From Macrostomum lignano (lineage: Eukaryota): a DNA stretch of 64,000 nucleotides. Both the position numbers and the translations under genes were made by a program. The notes below the pieces were generated by a model, which saw only the letters and a list, made by a program, of their open reading frames with translations, had not been told where the DNA came from and did not search any database. Below, one piece after another: positions 17,729 to 29,700 of this stretch. Where the stretch lies: assembly GCA_002269645.1 (NCBI GenBank), contig NIVC01001000.1:186001-250000 (forward strand). Direction: 5' to 3'. How positions within the stretch are numbered: the first letter of the stretch is position 1; the number at the start of each line of letters is the position of its first letter.

Positions 17729-19258
17729 ATGCGCCGGGGCTCTGTCGCCTGCCCGTTTTGTCCCAGGCGGTTCTGCCGCACCCGACCGGCAGCGGCGCAG
17801 TACTTGCGTCATGTGCGGTCACACGGAATTGGCCGCGACTCGGAGCCTGAGGAGGCGGCTGCGACCAACTCAGAAGCTGGCAGAGCGGCGGCGGTCGAGC
17901 AGGTCGCGTCTCGCAATGAGTCAGCGATGCAGCCGTGTGCAGATGGCAGTCGTGCAGTGACAAATCGTGCTCAGGGTCTCCAGAAGCCGTTCCAGTGCGA
18001 CACTTGTCAAAAGAAGTTCTCCAGGAGAAGCTATCTCAATGCTCACATTAGTGTGGTGCACAGGAAGGCAAAACCGCACAAATGCAAGCGGTGTGAAAAG
18101 TCCTTCTCAGCAAAACATGATCTGCACGTGCACAGCCGGTCTCACACTGGTGAGAGACCGTTTGTGTGCAAAGTGTGCGGCAAGAGATTCAGTGTCAGCA
18201 GCAGCCTTACTACACACTCCAGGCTGCACACAGGAGAAAAGCCATTTGAGTGCAAAGTGTGCGGCAAGAGATTCAGTTTCAGCAGCTGTCTCACTAGGCA
18301 CTCAAGGCTGCACACAGGAGAAAAGCCATTTGAGTGCAAAGTGTGCGGCAAGAGATTCAGTTTCAGCAGCAGCCTTACTACACACTCCAGGCTGCACACA
18401 GGAGAAAAGCCATTTGAGTGCAAAGTGTGCAGCAAGAGATTCAGTGACAGCAGCAGCCTTACTACACACTCCAGGCTGCACACAGGAGAAAAGCCATTTG
18501 AGTGCAAAGTGTGCGGCAAGAGATTCAGTTTCAGCAGCAGCCTTACTACACACTCCAGGCTGCACACAGGAGAAAAGCCATTTGAGTGCAAAGTGTGCAG
18601 CAAGAGATTCAGTGACAGCAGCCATCTTACTACACACTCCAGGCTGCACACAGGAGAAAAGCCATTTGAGTGCAAAGTATGCGGCAAGAGATTCTGTGTC
18701 AACAGCCATCTCACTAAGCACTCAAGGCTGCACACAGGAGAAAAGCCATTTGAATGCAAAGTATGCGGCAAGAGATTCAGTGTCAACAGCAGCCTTACTA
18801 CACACTCCAGGCTGCACACAGGAGAAAAGCCATTTGAGTGCAAAGTGTGCGGCAAGAGATTCTGTGTCAACAGCCATCTCACTAGGCACTCAAGGCTGCA
18901 CACAGGAGAAAAGCCATTTGAGTGCAAAGTATGCGGCAAGAGATTCAGTGTCAGCAGCCATCTCACTAGGCACTCAAGGCTGCACACAGGAGAAAAGCCA
19001 TTTGAGTGCAAAGTGTGCGGCAAGAGATTCAGTTTCAGCAGCAGCCTTACTACACACTCCAGGCTGCACACAGGAGAAAAGCCATTTGAGTGCAAAGTGT
19101 GCAGCAAGAGATTCAGTGACAGCAGCAGCCTTACTACACACTCCAGGCTGCACACAGGAGAAAAGCCATTTGAGTGCAAAGTATGCGGCAAGAGATTCAG
19201 TGTCAGCAGCCATCTCACTAGGCACTCAAGGCTCCACACAAGAAGAAAAGCCATTTGA
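17729..19258 (+). CDS. Z7: multi-C2H2 zinc-finger protein, 509 aa (13 repeat fingers)
   Basis: Intact ORF ending HTRRKAI-TGA. Confidence 0.85.
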   Translation: MRRGSVACPFCPRRFCRTRPAAAQYLRHVRSHGIGRDSEPEEAAATNSEAGRAAAVEQVASRNESAMQPCADGSRAVTNRAQGLQKPFQCDTCQKKFSRRSYLNAHISVVHRKAKPHKCKRCEKSFSAKHDLHVHSRSHTGERPFVCKVCGKRFSVSSSLTTHSRLHTGEKPFECKVCGKRFSFSSCLTRHSRLHTGEKPFECKVCGKRFSFSSSLTTHSRLHTGEKPFECKVCSKRFSDSSSLTTHSRLHTGEKPFECKVCGKRFSFSSSLTTHSRLHTGEKPFECKVCSKRFSDSSHLTTHSRLHTGEKPFECKVCGKRFCVNSHLTKHSRLHTGEKPFECKVCGKRFSVNSSLTTHSRLHTGEKPFECKVCGKRFCVNSHLTRHSRLHTGEKPFECKVCGKRFSVSSHLTRHSRLHTGEKPFECKVCGKRFSFSSSLTTHSRLHTGEKPFECKVCSKRFSDSSSLTTHSRLHTGEKPFECKVCGKRFSVSSHLTRHSRLHTRRKAI

Positions 19259-19497
19259 GTGCAAAGTGTGCGGCAAGAGATTCAATCAAGTCACCAATCT
19301 CAAGTGGCACTCCGACTGCATTTTCTGTAGCGAATATTCACCCTTGCGGCGCTCCGTCATTGCCGACGTGCACAATCGGTCTTGGTCCTTAGTGTGCTCG
19401 CAATCCTTTAGCAGCTTTTTTGTCGTTTTATTCATGATATTCGGACTTTGTTTAATTCTCTCAAAGTGATGCATTCGGAAGCTAATCCAATATCCAA

Positions 19498-20583
19498 TTA
19501 GTGACAGCACCTAATGTCCAGTTAGTGACAGCACTTAATGACCTGTCAGTGACAGCACTCAATGACCACTTAGAGACAGCAATCAATGACCAGTTACTGA
19601 CAGCACTCAATGACCATTTAGTGACAGCAATCAGTGACCAGTTACTGACAGCACTCAACGACCAGTTAGTGACGGCACTCAATGACTAGTTAGTGACAGC
19701 ACTCAATGACCAGTTAGTGAAAGCACTCAATGACTAGTTAGTGACAGCACTCAATGACCAGTTAGTGACAGCACTCAATGACCAGTTAGTGACAGCACTC
19801 AATGACCTGTTAGTGACAGCACTTAATGACTAGTTAGTGACAGCACTTAATGACCAGTTAGTGACAGCACTCCATGACCCGTTAGGACAGCAATCAATGA
19901 CCAGTTAGTGACAGCATTCAATGACCAGTTAGTGACAGCACTCAATGACCTGTTAGTGATAGCACTCAATGACTAGTTAGTGACACTAATCAATGACCAG
20001 TTAGTGACAGCACTAATGACCAGTTAGTGACAGCATTCAATGACCAGTTAGTGACAGCACTCAATGACCTGTTAGTGATAGCACTCAATGACTAGTTAGT
20101 GACACTAATCAATGACCAGTTAGTGACAGCACTTAATGACCAGTTAGTGACAGCACTCAATAACTAGTTAGTGACAGCACCTAATGAGCAGTTAGTGACA
20201 GCACTCAATCAACAGTTAGTGACAGCACTCAATGACCAGTTAGTGACAGCACTCAATGACCAGTTAGTGACAGCACTCAATAACTAGTTAGTGACAGCAC
20301 CTAATGACCAGTTAGTGACAGCACTCAATGACTAGTTGGAGACAGCACCTAATGACCAGTTAGTGACAGCACTCAATGACCCGTTAGGACAGCAATCAAT
20401 GACCAGTTAGTGACAGCACTCAATGACTAGTTAGTGACAGCACTCAATGACTAGTTAGTGACAGCACTCAATGACCAGTTAGTGACAGCACTCAATGACC
20501 AGTTAGTGACAGCACTCAAAGACCAGTTAGTGACAGCACTCAAAGACCAGTTAGTGACACTGACAGCCATCAATGACCAGTAG
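19498..20583. repeat. 24-bp minisatellite, ~45 copies, more diverged
   Basis: Same consensus with more variant and 23-bp units. Confidence 0.95.
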
Positions 20584-21064
20584 GCACTGCTTATACTATA
20601 CTGCACTGTACTGCTAGACCAGCTTTTTACTTTGTGTTCCTGCCAAAGGTTTTCAATTGTTTCTCAATCATTTCATTGCTTATTGTACTCGTAGAAGTAC
20701 TCAGAACTTAAACTTTTTCTTTGACTCCTTAACTTACGTTTTAATTTTTTTGCTATCAAGCGTTTTCTCGAAACTTTTTCCCCTGTATCTAAAAATTACA
20801 CTGGTGACATTGCGAACTTTACTTGTTTTCTTTACTAATTGGTTTGTTTAAATGGTTTTTGTCTTGTTTTGACTGCTTTTTTATTGGCTTAATAGGCCAC
20901 GTAAACTGTTGAATGCAGAGCTTTGTTGTCGTAAGGCATTTGCTCAGGACATAGGGCCTCTGTCAGTAAATATTCAGTAAGTTCAGCAAGTTGGTCAAGT
21001 TTTTTTTCAGCTGCAGCAGTTTTCGAAAAATTCGAAAGCTTGAGAAATTCAAAAAACCACTAGG

Positions 21065-21773
21065 TACGAGGGGTGTATGGAAAGTTCTGACGCTTTTACG
21101 CTCGTAATTTCAGATCAAAAAACAGTAGCAGCTGCAAGCACAACAATTTGGTGTCATTTTAAAGCGGCACGTACATCTTTTCTTTCAATGAATTCAGTCG
21201 CGTGTATTTTATTCATTTCATTCAAAAGTTATGCGTGAAAAACCATCACAATGCCACTGAGTCTTAAGTAAAAGGTGAAGTTCGAGTGGCCAAAAGGGAC
21301 GGAATTTTACGCTTTGGAGAATCGGAAAGACGAGGCAGAGCAGAGCAAAATTCTCATTTGACATCGATTCATGGGTCAGATGTAGTGAGCCGGTGTACCA
21401 TCTACCGATGGGATCATTTGGAAGACAATTGTTCGGCGCATTCTCTCCCACGATGTTTCAGGACAATGCTACGAGCGTATCCTGATGCGATTGACGAAAT
21501 GCTCAAGCGATGGGGAAAGTGTTTTGCTACAGGTAGAGACTATGTTGAGAAGGCTGACTTGAAGGTTGGTGATCATGATGAATGACTACAATTCGTTTCT
21601 TTGAGGACTTTTTCACGCATAACTTTTTGATGAAATGAATAAAATACAAGCAACTAAATTCATTGGAAAGAAGAGATGTACCGCCTTAAAATGACGCCAA
21701 AGTTGTGCTTGCAGCTGCTACTGTTTTTGCTCTTTGATTAAAAGTGTCCAGAACTTCCCGGACACCCCGCGTA
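21065..21773 (+). mobile_element. Internally deleted mariner (Tc1/mariner) element with long inverted arms
   Basis: TA-flanked termini TACGAGGGGTGTATGGAAAGTTC / GAACTTCCCGGACACCCCGCGTA. Imperfect inverted arms of about 170-180 bp. Internal remnant LKRWGKCFATGRDYVEK resembles the mariner transposase C-terminal RW-KC-G-DYVEK motif. Confidence 0.85.
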
Positions 21774-22319
21774 GTTCGATAGCGTCTCATCGTCAAAATT
21801 TTTTGCTAGCCCACTTCCTCCAGCTCACAATTGCTCACTTTGAAATTCCAAAATTACGCGTCATATTGCAGAAGTGCCAGGCACGCCATGCGTTCGTCGA
21901 AATTCCGTTTTCATTATCGGCTTCTAATCACGGGGCATAACCGCTATTGTACCTAAAAAAACAATTACGATTTTACACCATCATGAGACTCCATTCAGTC
22001 CAAGTTCACGAAAAGCACCTCGATTCTAATCCGGGACGTACATGTACGTAAACTACTTTTGGTAACTAAAAGTTGTGACTCCGTAGATAAAGCCTATCAG
22101 CTCCATTAGGAAGCTAAATATGATTTTCCCGTCTGCAGGAATGAATCTGCAACAATATTAGCAAACGAGATCCCAGCAGTTTCATCTCAACTACCTACCA
22201 ATTAAAGCGATCAATCCTAGGATTTCTTGCGAGGCTATATGATCGATCCTTTTGGCTTACTTTCACGGGTTCTCACACGCTAGCAAAATGTTTCCTACAG
22301 TAGTTTTATATTTGTAAAA

Positions 22320-22720
22320 GTGTCGTCGTCATGGGATGCGGAGGTCCCCGCCGACATTCTTCAAATATGGAATCAGTGGCTAATTCAACCACTTCGTGTA
22401 CATTTGAAGTACTGCGCTTCCTCTTTCGATCTAAGCCGCTTCAAATCATTTTGCATGGATTCTGGGATGCCATTGAAAAGGCTTGAAATGTCACTAAGAA
22501 ACTATTTGTGCAAACACACAGAGTTAGTGAAATTCCGCTGTCTCTCTCATCACCTTCCAAATGGTTTCATGTGTCTGGGGAACACAACCCTATAGCTGCT
22601 GCATGATTTACCATAACCATCACTGGAGAAGATGGTTGACAACAATCTCTGGTTGCACGGGCTGTCCTGCTCGTCAACTGAGCTATAGCTAGTTGCAGAA
22701 GTTCATGCAGTCAGCTGCAT
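22320..22720 (+). mobile_element. Degenerate BEL/Pao LTR-retrotransposon pol fragment (RT-RNase H junction / RNase H)
   Basis: Frameshifted motifs in the expected order: SWDAEVPADILQIWNQW, LHGFWDAIEKA (cf. LHGFCDASEKAY), WFHVSGEHNP (cf. WRHVPxxxNPAD), NLWLHG (cf. LWWxGP). Confidence 0.65.
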
Positions 22721-22894
22721 GTCCGGACGAAGCTGTTCTCGACGGGAATACTACTTCAGACGATCTTATCAAGCCAGCATAAAGCCAGCCGTCAGACAGC
22801 AGTGACTTCGAGCTTCCAGCTCCGAAATGAATTCTAAACAACGCGGGATTCATCAATCAGGGACTATACTCTACTAAGACGGCGAAACTATGTT

Positions 22895-23120
22895 TCATAG
22901 AAAATTTTAGGGAGGCTGATTTTCGCCGAAAAATGCACTATGGGGATATATATATATACACTACGTGTATTAACTCTCACTTTTTTATAATAAATTAATT
23001 GTCATCGCTTTCGATAGCTGAGGCAGACCATTTAATTGTTCATATTTTGAAATGTTTTGCCATGCAAATACCATATTTTGATATTTGTAACACAAGTCAG
23101 CTAAGAATGGTAAACTGATT
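22895..23120 (+). repeat. Unclassified dispersed repeat, diverged copy of 36580-36810 (inverted)
   Basis: Shared blocks TTTTCGCCGAAAAAT(G/A)CACTA(T/C)GG, GCTTTCGATAG and TGTTCATATTTT, colinear on opposite strands. Confidence 0.6.
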
Positions 23121-23706
23121 CATAAAACTAATGAGTTGAGCCGTGTCATTTGAATGGTTTTTTAGGCATAGAACATGTACGATTGCGCGTAGAATAAAAA
23201 TTTTTATAGTATATTAGATGTCAAATGCTCGAAAATTAAAGTGCTAACTTAAAAATAATGTTTATTTTTCTGTTTATTAATGAAAGAAATCAATTTTTAA
23301 AAAAAATAACGTGCTATAAAAACTCTTCTTTTAGTTGTAAATACGTTGAGTTGCAATATTTATACACTTGTTTTATTTTTACAAAAGCGTATATTCCTTT
23401 TTTAAGTTATCAATTTTGAACCATTTTTTCTAATCTTTATGATATCTGAACCTAGTCTGTAAAATCTGCACAGTTTTTCCAACTAATCAGCTCAAAAGAA
23501 TAACCTACTATGCTAATTTATTAAATGATTTATCTGCTTCTTTAAAGTGTACAGTATTTTATTGCAGCATACTGCCTGAACGATAGAAACAATGGATTGC
23601 TCCACTAATAGAGCCTACTATACTAGTAAACTGGGCCAGTGATCCTATAAGTTATAACAACAGCACGACAGTAAAAGGACGTTAAAAACATAATCCAGAC
23701 TGGGAA

Positions 23707-26700
23707 ATGGCGAGTTCAGCTGTTGTCACCAAAACAGCTAAATCTCCACGCATAAAGCGTAACAAACAAGAGACGGAATTTGAAAAATATCGACTGGAAG
23801 AAAAGTGGTCAACTATTCTTGATGTACTTAAAACTGCCAAAGTACCAAAATGTAAGCAGCTGTATCGAACTTTTGTGTATATTTGTTCAATTTTTTTATA
23901 CTTAGACCAGAGGTAATGCCAATATTTCTATTCTATATTAGCTACTTAGTTAAGGTTCCTGAATTCCTAGTTAAAAACAATATTTTATAATAAAACTATA
24001 AATAGACATATTTTTATTCCTATACCATAAACATAGTCTAAGCCTCATTCTAGCAGACTAGCTTAAAGATAGGTGAAAGCATAGTGTTCTTATATACAAT
24101 CTAGTCACTTTGCTTTAGTTTTAATAAAAAATTAATTTTGAAAATATGGCAAAATGGTCTTATGACTATGAATATGATATACCTGATATTATACTTTTTT
24201 TCAATAAGCTTTTGATATTTTATTAAGTTTCCTTGAAAATTGAAACATTAATAATTATTTATTATACTGGTATAACTAGTCACAATAGTATAACTAGTTA
24301 TACTGTTCATATTACACTAGTAATATATGAGAGGTATCCAGAAAATAGTGTTAGGCCTACTTTTACCTGTTGCAGACATTTTTTAGCTGCATTGACATAA
24401 ATTTGGTGTCATATAAAAAAGGCAAGTCTCTTCTTTAAAATGATTTTAACCATGATTGATTTGGACTTATGTTATAAAAATTGCACTTAAGTAGAGGGAG
24501 ATCAGTCATAGACTTACAGAAGATCAAATATGAGTGGAACTGCTAAAACTAGCATTCTGCTCAATGGCAATCAATATTTTTGGCATAGATTATAAGTTGT
24601 TTTATAGTCAAATGTGGCACATTGAAAAGAAAATTGCTAAACTAGTTATATTGAAAAATCTTCACTGTTGCTCAATTTTGATCCATCAATTGTCAAATAG
24701 ATGTGCATTCAAAGACTAGGAAATAGCATGGCATCTTTATACTTTGGAGCTCCAGGTATAAAGTAGCTGATCTTTATAGGCAACTCTAAACTGCACATGG
24801 TAACCATTCCATTAGCATAATAACAGTGAACAAGTGGATGAACAAGTTTAGAGGTGGAAGAACTGACATGAACTGGAACTAAACTGATTAAAAGTCAGGA
24901 TACCCTGAGATCCATGCCAGGGACGGCCTTGTCTTGCATCCATTCTTGACTTCATTGATAAAGACTGCTAAAGACTGATAAAGACCAACAAAGCATCCAT
25001 ACAAAGCTAATAGACTAGATTGCTTAAAGTCCACAGTTTACAAGTGTCTACAGAAGATAATTCATATCAAGCTAAGTGCCTGTTGGTTTCCCTGGTGGCT
25101 CACTAAGGACTAGACATGAAACTGGATCATCTGTACAAAAGACTTGTATCTAGGTTCTGTAAGTCTATGACTAATCTCCCTCTACTTAAGTGCACATATC
25201 TCTTAAAATACAAACCTAAATCGATTGCAGTTTAAGTCATTTTAAAAAAGAAACCTGCCATTTTAAAACAATGCCAAACTTGTGTCAATGCAACTTACAA
25301 AATATCTGCTGCAAGTAAAATTAAAGTAAAACCATTTTCTGGACATCCCTCATATAATTGATATACCCATTGTAAGTTAATTTAGCAATTATATCAATAA
25401 ATAACCCTAAAAAAGCTGAAAACTTTTTTTGCAAATTGCAGTTGCTAAAAGTTAAATTTTAGTATCTGAGGGGAATAAATCTAAGGATCAGACAATTGTG
25501 GCACAAAAACTAAATGCACTTATTACTAAGTTACTAGAATTTAATAATAAGTAAACATTGGTAGCTAAATTTTTGAAGAATCATGCATGCAAGTATATAA
25601 AGTAGCCTATCCATCAGATATATAATCTATGGGGTGCACGTAGCCCTTGTCTCTATGGCAACTAAACAAAATCATGTCAAATGGCATTTAATATAGAGCC
25701 AAAATAGTGTTGTTAGGGTAGCACTCTTTTTGTTACTATTATGATAGGCATATTCGAAGCAATTAAGTTATATAAGCCATAGTCTTAATTGTCTAGGGTA
25801 GTTAGTAGAAACTTTTGCTATTTGTAAATAACCTAAGTTTATGTGCTAAGGCTTTGTAAGTTTCTGTTTGCCAGGATGAATTGATCAATATTATAATTTA
25901 TCAAGTTAATTATCATAATTATCATTAATTATCAATTAATGAGGGCTTTCACTACCCGCATCCAATTTCTCAAGCTGACTTCATCCGCCTATGCGAAGTG
26001 GAAGCCCAACTAGAGAACTTCCTACTCAATGACTATGCTGGAGCAGATAGTGTCGTACCAACCGCCTATCAGGAGACTCTTCGATCAATATTTAATAGCG
26101 GCAGCGATGATCTGGTTGTACACATCGACTCTGGATTGTTGCTAGCCAAAGCTTTGTACTATTCCAATCTGTACCAGGAGGCTCTGTCTGTGCTGGATGA
26201 TTTGGCTCTGGATAGCCAGTCTGGCTGGTCAGCCGCTAGTAGAACAAGTCGCCTGCTCAGTGAGGGTTACGCTGTTCGAGGCATCTGCTTGGAGAAGGTG
26301 AGCTATGTGGATGTTATTCTTGTTATATTGTGCATCTTGTTACTTGAGTTTTTTTGTAGTTTTTTAAACTATTGTTTTTTCTGTTACAGAACTGTCTGTC
26401 TTTATGTAACTTTCTTTATGTAATTAAGCTGTCTGATACAGAACTTTCTTTATGTAATTAAGCTGTCTGATACAGAACTGTCTGTAATTGAGCTGTCTGT
26501 TACAGAACTCTGTCTGTAATTAAACAGCGTGTTACAGAACTGTCTGCTATTAAGATGTCTGTTACAGAGATCTCTTGCTCAACTGCCTGTAACGGAACTG
26601 TGACCAGACTGTCCTGTCCCCGTGCCTTCACTTAGGACTAAAATCCGTTATAAATCCCTTCAAAAATTACGCTTCCCATTCCCCAGGTGAGCCAGTCCCA

Positions 26701-29700
26701 GTCGCACGTTGTTCGCATCGGCCGACACGAGGAGGTGATCGAATGCTACGAGCGGGCAGGCGACCTCTACATCCAGCACCTGCAGGAGTCCCAGGCTCAG
26801 GTGCTGGATAAGCGAACTGTCACCGTTAGCGAAGAGGTCGGGCACGCTCTACAGCAGTCGCCTATATTGCGGATGTCGCATGGCGATTTGACTGGAGCTA
26901 TTCACCGGTTGAGACAGGTGCACCGCTGTAGGCTTGGTTAATCGGGTTTAGGGTTGTTGTCGCCTACAGCTTGATGTTGAAGTTACAGCCTCCAGCCAGC
27001 CTCCCAGATTACCCAGATTAAGCTAACAGTCTCCCAGATCCTCAGAGGAGCTACCAGCCTCCCAGATCCCCCAGATTAAGCTACCAGCCTCTCAGATCCC
27101 CCTGATTAAGCTATTAGCCTAGCTCCCAGATTACCCAGAATAAGCTACCAGCCTCCCAGATCCTCAGAGGAGCTACCAGCCTCCCAGATCCCCCAGATTA
27201 AGCTACCAGATCCCCCAGATTAAGCTACCAGCCTTCCAGATCCCCCAGGCCCCAAATTAAGCCACCAGCCTCCCAGATCTCCCAGATTAAGCTACCAGCC
27301 TCCGCAGCTCCCTTCTTGGCCTGCCTTTTGGCGCGTTGTTTAGCGCCTTCTTGACCAGCCCAGATCCTCCAAATTAAGCTACCAGCCTCCCAGATCCCCC
27401 AGATTAAGCTATCAGCCTCCCAGATCTCCCATACGAAGCCACCAGCCTCCCAGATCTCCCAGATTAAGCTACCAGCCTCCGCAGCTCTCTCAGATTAAGC
27501 TACCAGCCTCCCCAGCTCCCCCAGATTCTCCAAATTAAGCTACCAGCCTCCCAGATCCCCCAGATAAGCTATCAGCCTCCCAGATCTCCCATACGAAGCT
27601 ACCAGCCTCCCATATCTCTCAGATTTGAGTTTGTACTTTTAAATTCGTTTTTGAATCGTTCCTCGAAGTGCCTCTTGATTAGGCACTCTATCTGGCCATC
27701 CCTTGGCTCCCCCAGGTGCTCCGCTGTCACGAGACCAAGTGCAGCCGGTCGATCCGGCAGACGCTTTCCCGGCAGCTGGCGGAAATCTTGCTCCGCGGTG
27801 TCTCGCCAGAAACCTACCGCAAGCCGGAGCTGTCCAGAGCTCGCACAATCGGCGTCTATCAGCACTCAGGCGACGACCTGCTGGTGCCGGACTCGCCGCT
27901 GCAGGAGGCCATCCTGCTGCTGATGATCTCGGAGCTGATTGCCTTCCAACAGGCTGTGCTGTCACGTGACCAGGACACTCGCCTAGAAAGGAAAATTGCT
28001 TTTGAAAACACTGTGGCGGTGTACGATTTACTCTGCGTAGCCCTGTCTAGGGTGGGGGCCTACGCTCAGTTGACTGAGATTCTTGAGCACGCTATGAAAT
28101 TTTCGTTTGGCGAATCGCACATCTGGCTGCAGTTCGGCTTGGCTTTGATCTCGGCTGGCAATCTGAGCAGGGGCTTGGCCGTGTTTCAGGTGAGCTTGCT
28201 GTAGTGCGATTAATTACTACTGCTAGTAATAGTAGTAGTATTACTACTAGCAGTTAGTAATAGTATTAATAGTAGTAGTAATAATAGTAATAGTAATAAT
28301 AATAATAGTAATGATAATAATTTTAATAGCAGTAGTAATATTAAAAGCAGCAGTAGTAGTAGTTGTTGTTGTTAAACGGGGGTGGGAAGCTTGGCTACCC
28401 GCGGATCAGCCCTTGGGGGGGGGGGGCTCTGCCGCAGAGGGGCACTACCAGGGGCCCAGACATTAGTAGTACAGGGCCCGAGATACCCCGAGACATGGAA
28501 TTGGGCCCCAGCTTAAGCTAGGGAAAGAGCGAGGGACTTCAAGCCTACGGTACAAGACACCGCCAAACCAACAGTGGAATCAGGGACGGTGCTAGGACCG
28601 AGTCACCCAGGCTACCCCCCAGCAGACAGGTCCTCGGGAGTGCGCGAAAAACAGAATTGGATTATTACTGAAAAGCCGTCCAAGAGCGGGAAACCCAGAA
28701 GTCTTGGAAAGGGCTAACAGGGGCGGGCAAACTTTTTAGAGAGTGGGCCAAATAATACTTTGTTGAACAGCCGCGGGCCGGAGCTCAATAACGAGGCAAC
28801 TTTCTTGGTAGATAGAAATACAGTTTAGTTTATTTGCTTATCAAGCTTTTAATAGTATGTTTCATTACAATTAGTGAAATACATGTATCATTGAATATGC
28901 AGATATTTGCTTTATATAAAGTCGAATTAACAAATGAGAAGTTTAAGTAAAAATGACGTTTAAAAAATTACGTAACTGCTCTTACATCCGATGGCAATAA
29001 CATCAGCGCTGATGAAAAAGTTATGAGTTACTTGCTATAGATGATACAGTTGATATTTAATGAAGGAAAATAGTACTAGCAATAGAAAAATGGACAATAA
29101 AAAGTGACATTGACAGGGAATTATAATAGGAAAGATACAAAAAGAATACATTGACAAAATGCTCGAACAATGATGGGCAGTGATAGCATGCCGTTAGAGG
29201 AGATATTAGTGACAAATTTTGGTTGACAGACATGCCCAATCTACAGTCTGTTAGCAGAAATTCAGTCATTTGAACTTAATGAGATGGGTGGTACTGTTTG
29301 CCCCGAAGAAGTGCTTCAAAATCCGGCTTGATAGACAAAGTAGACAGCAGAAGGATATCATTAAGATGGCGGTCTGAAATCTGGGAACGAAGGCGAGATT
29401 TGGTGAAGCTCATTTTGGAAAACAGCTGTTCGCAGCAATAGGTGCTCCCAAACATGGCCACAATATGTTGAACATGGGCGATGTAGTTTGGAAAGTTGTT
29501 GGATGGGAGAACAAGGTCCCGAAAGAAGGCTAGAGGGGAGGAAGTGCGGAACTTTGCCTTCAGTCCATCGTTGCACTGCAGCTCAACCAACTCCATCTGC
29601 AGGGCAGCTGGGGCATCATCCACCGAGCAGTCAAAGGGAGCAGTGAGGAGCTTGAAGTCCACAGCCAGGCGTCTGACTCCTGCAAAGCGGGAGGCAAACT

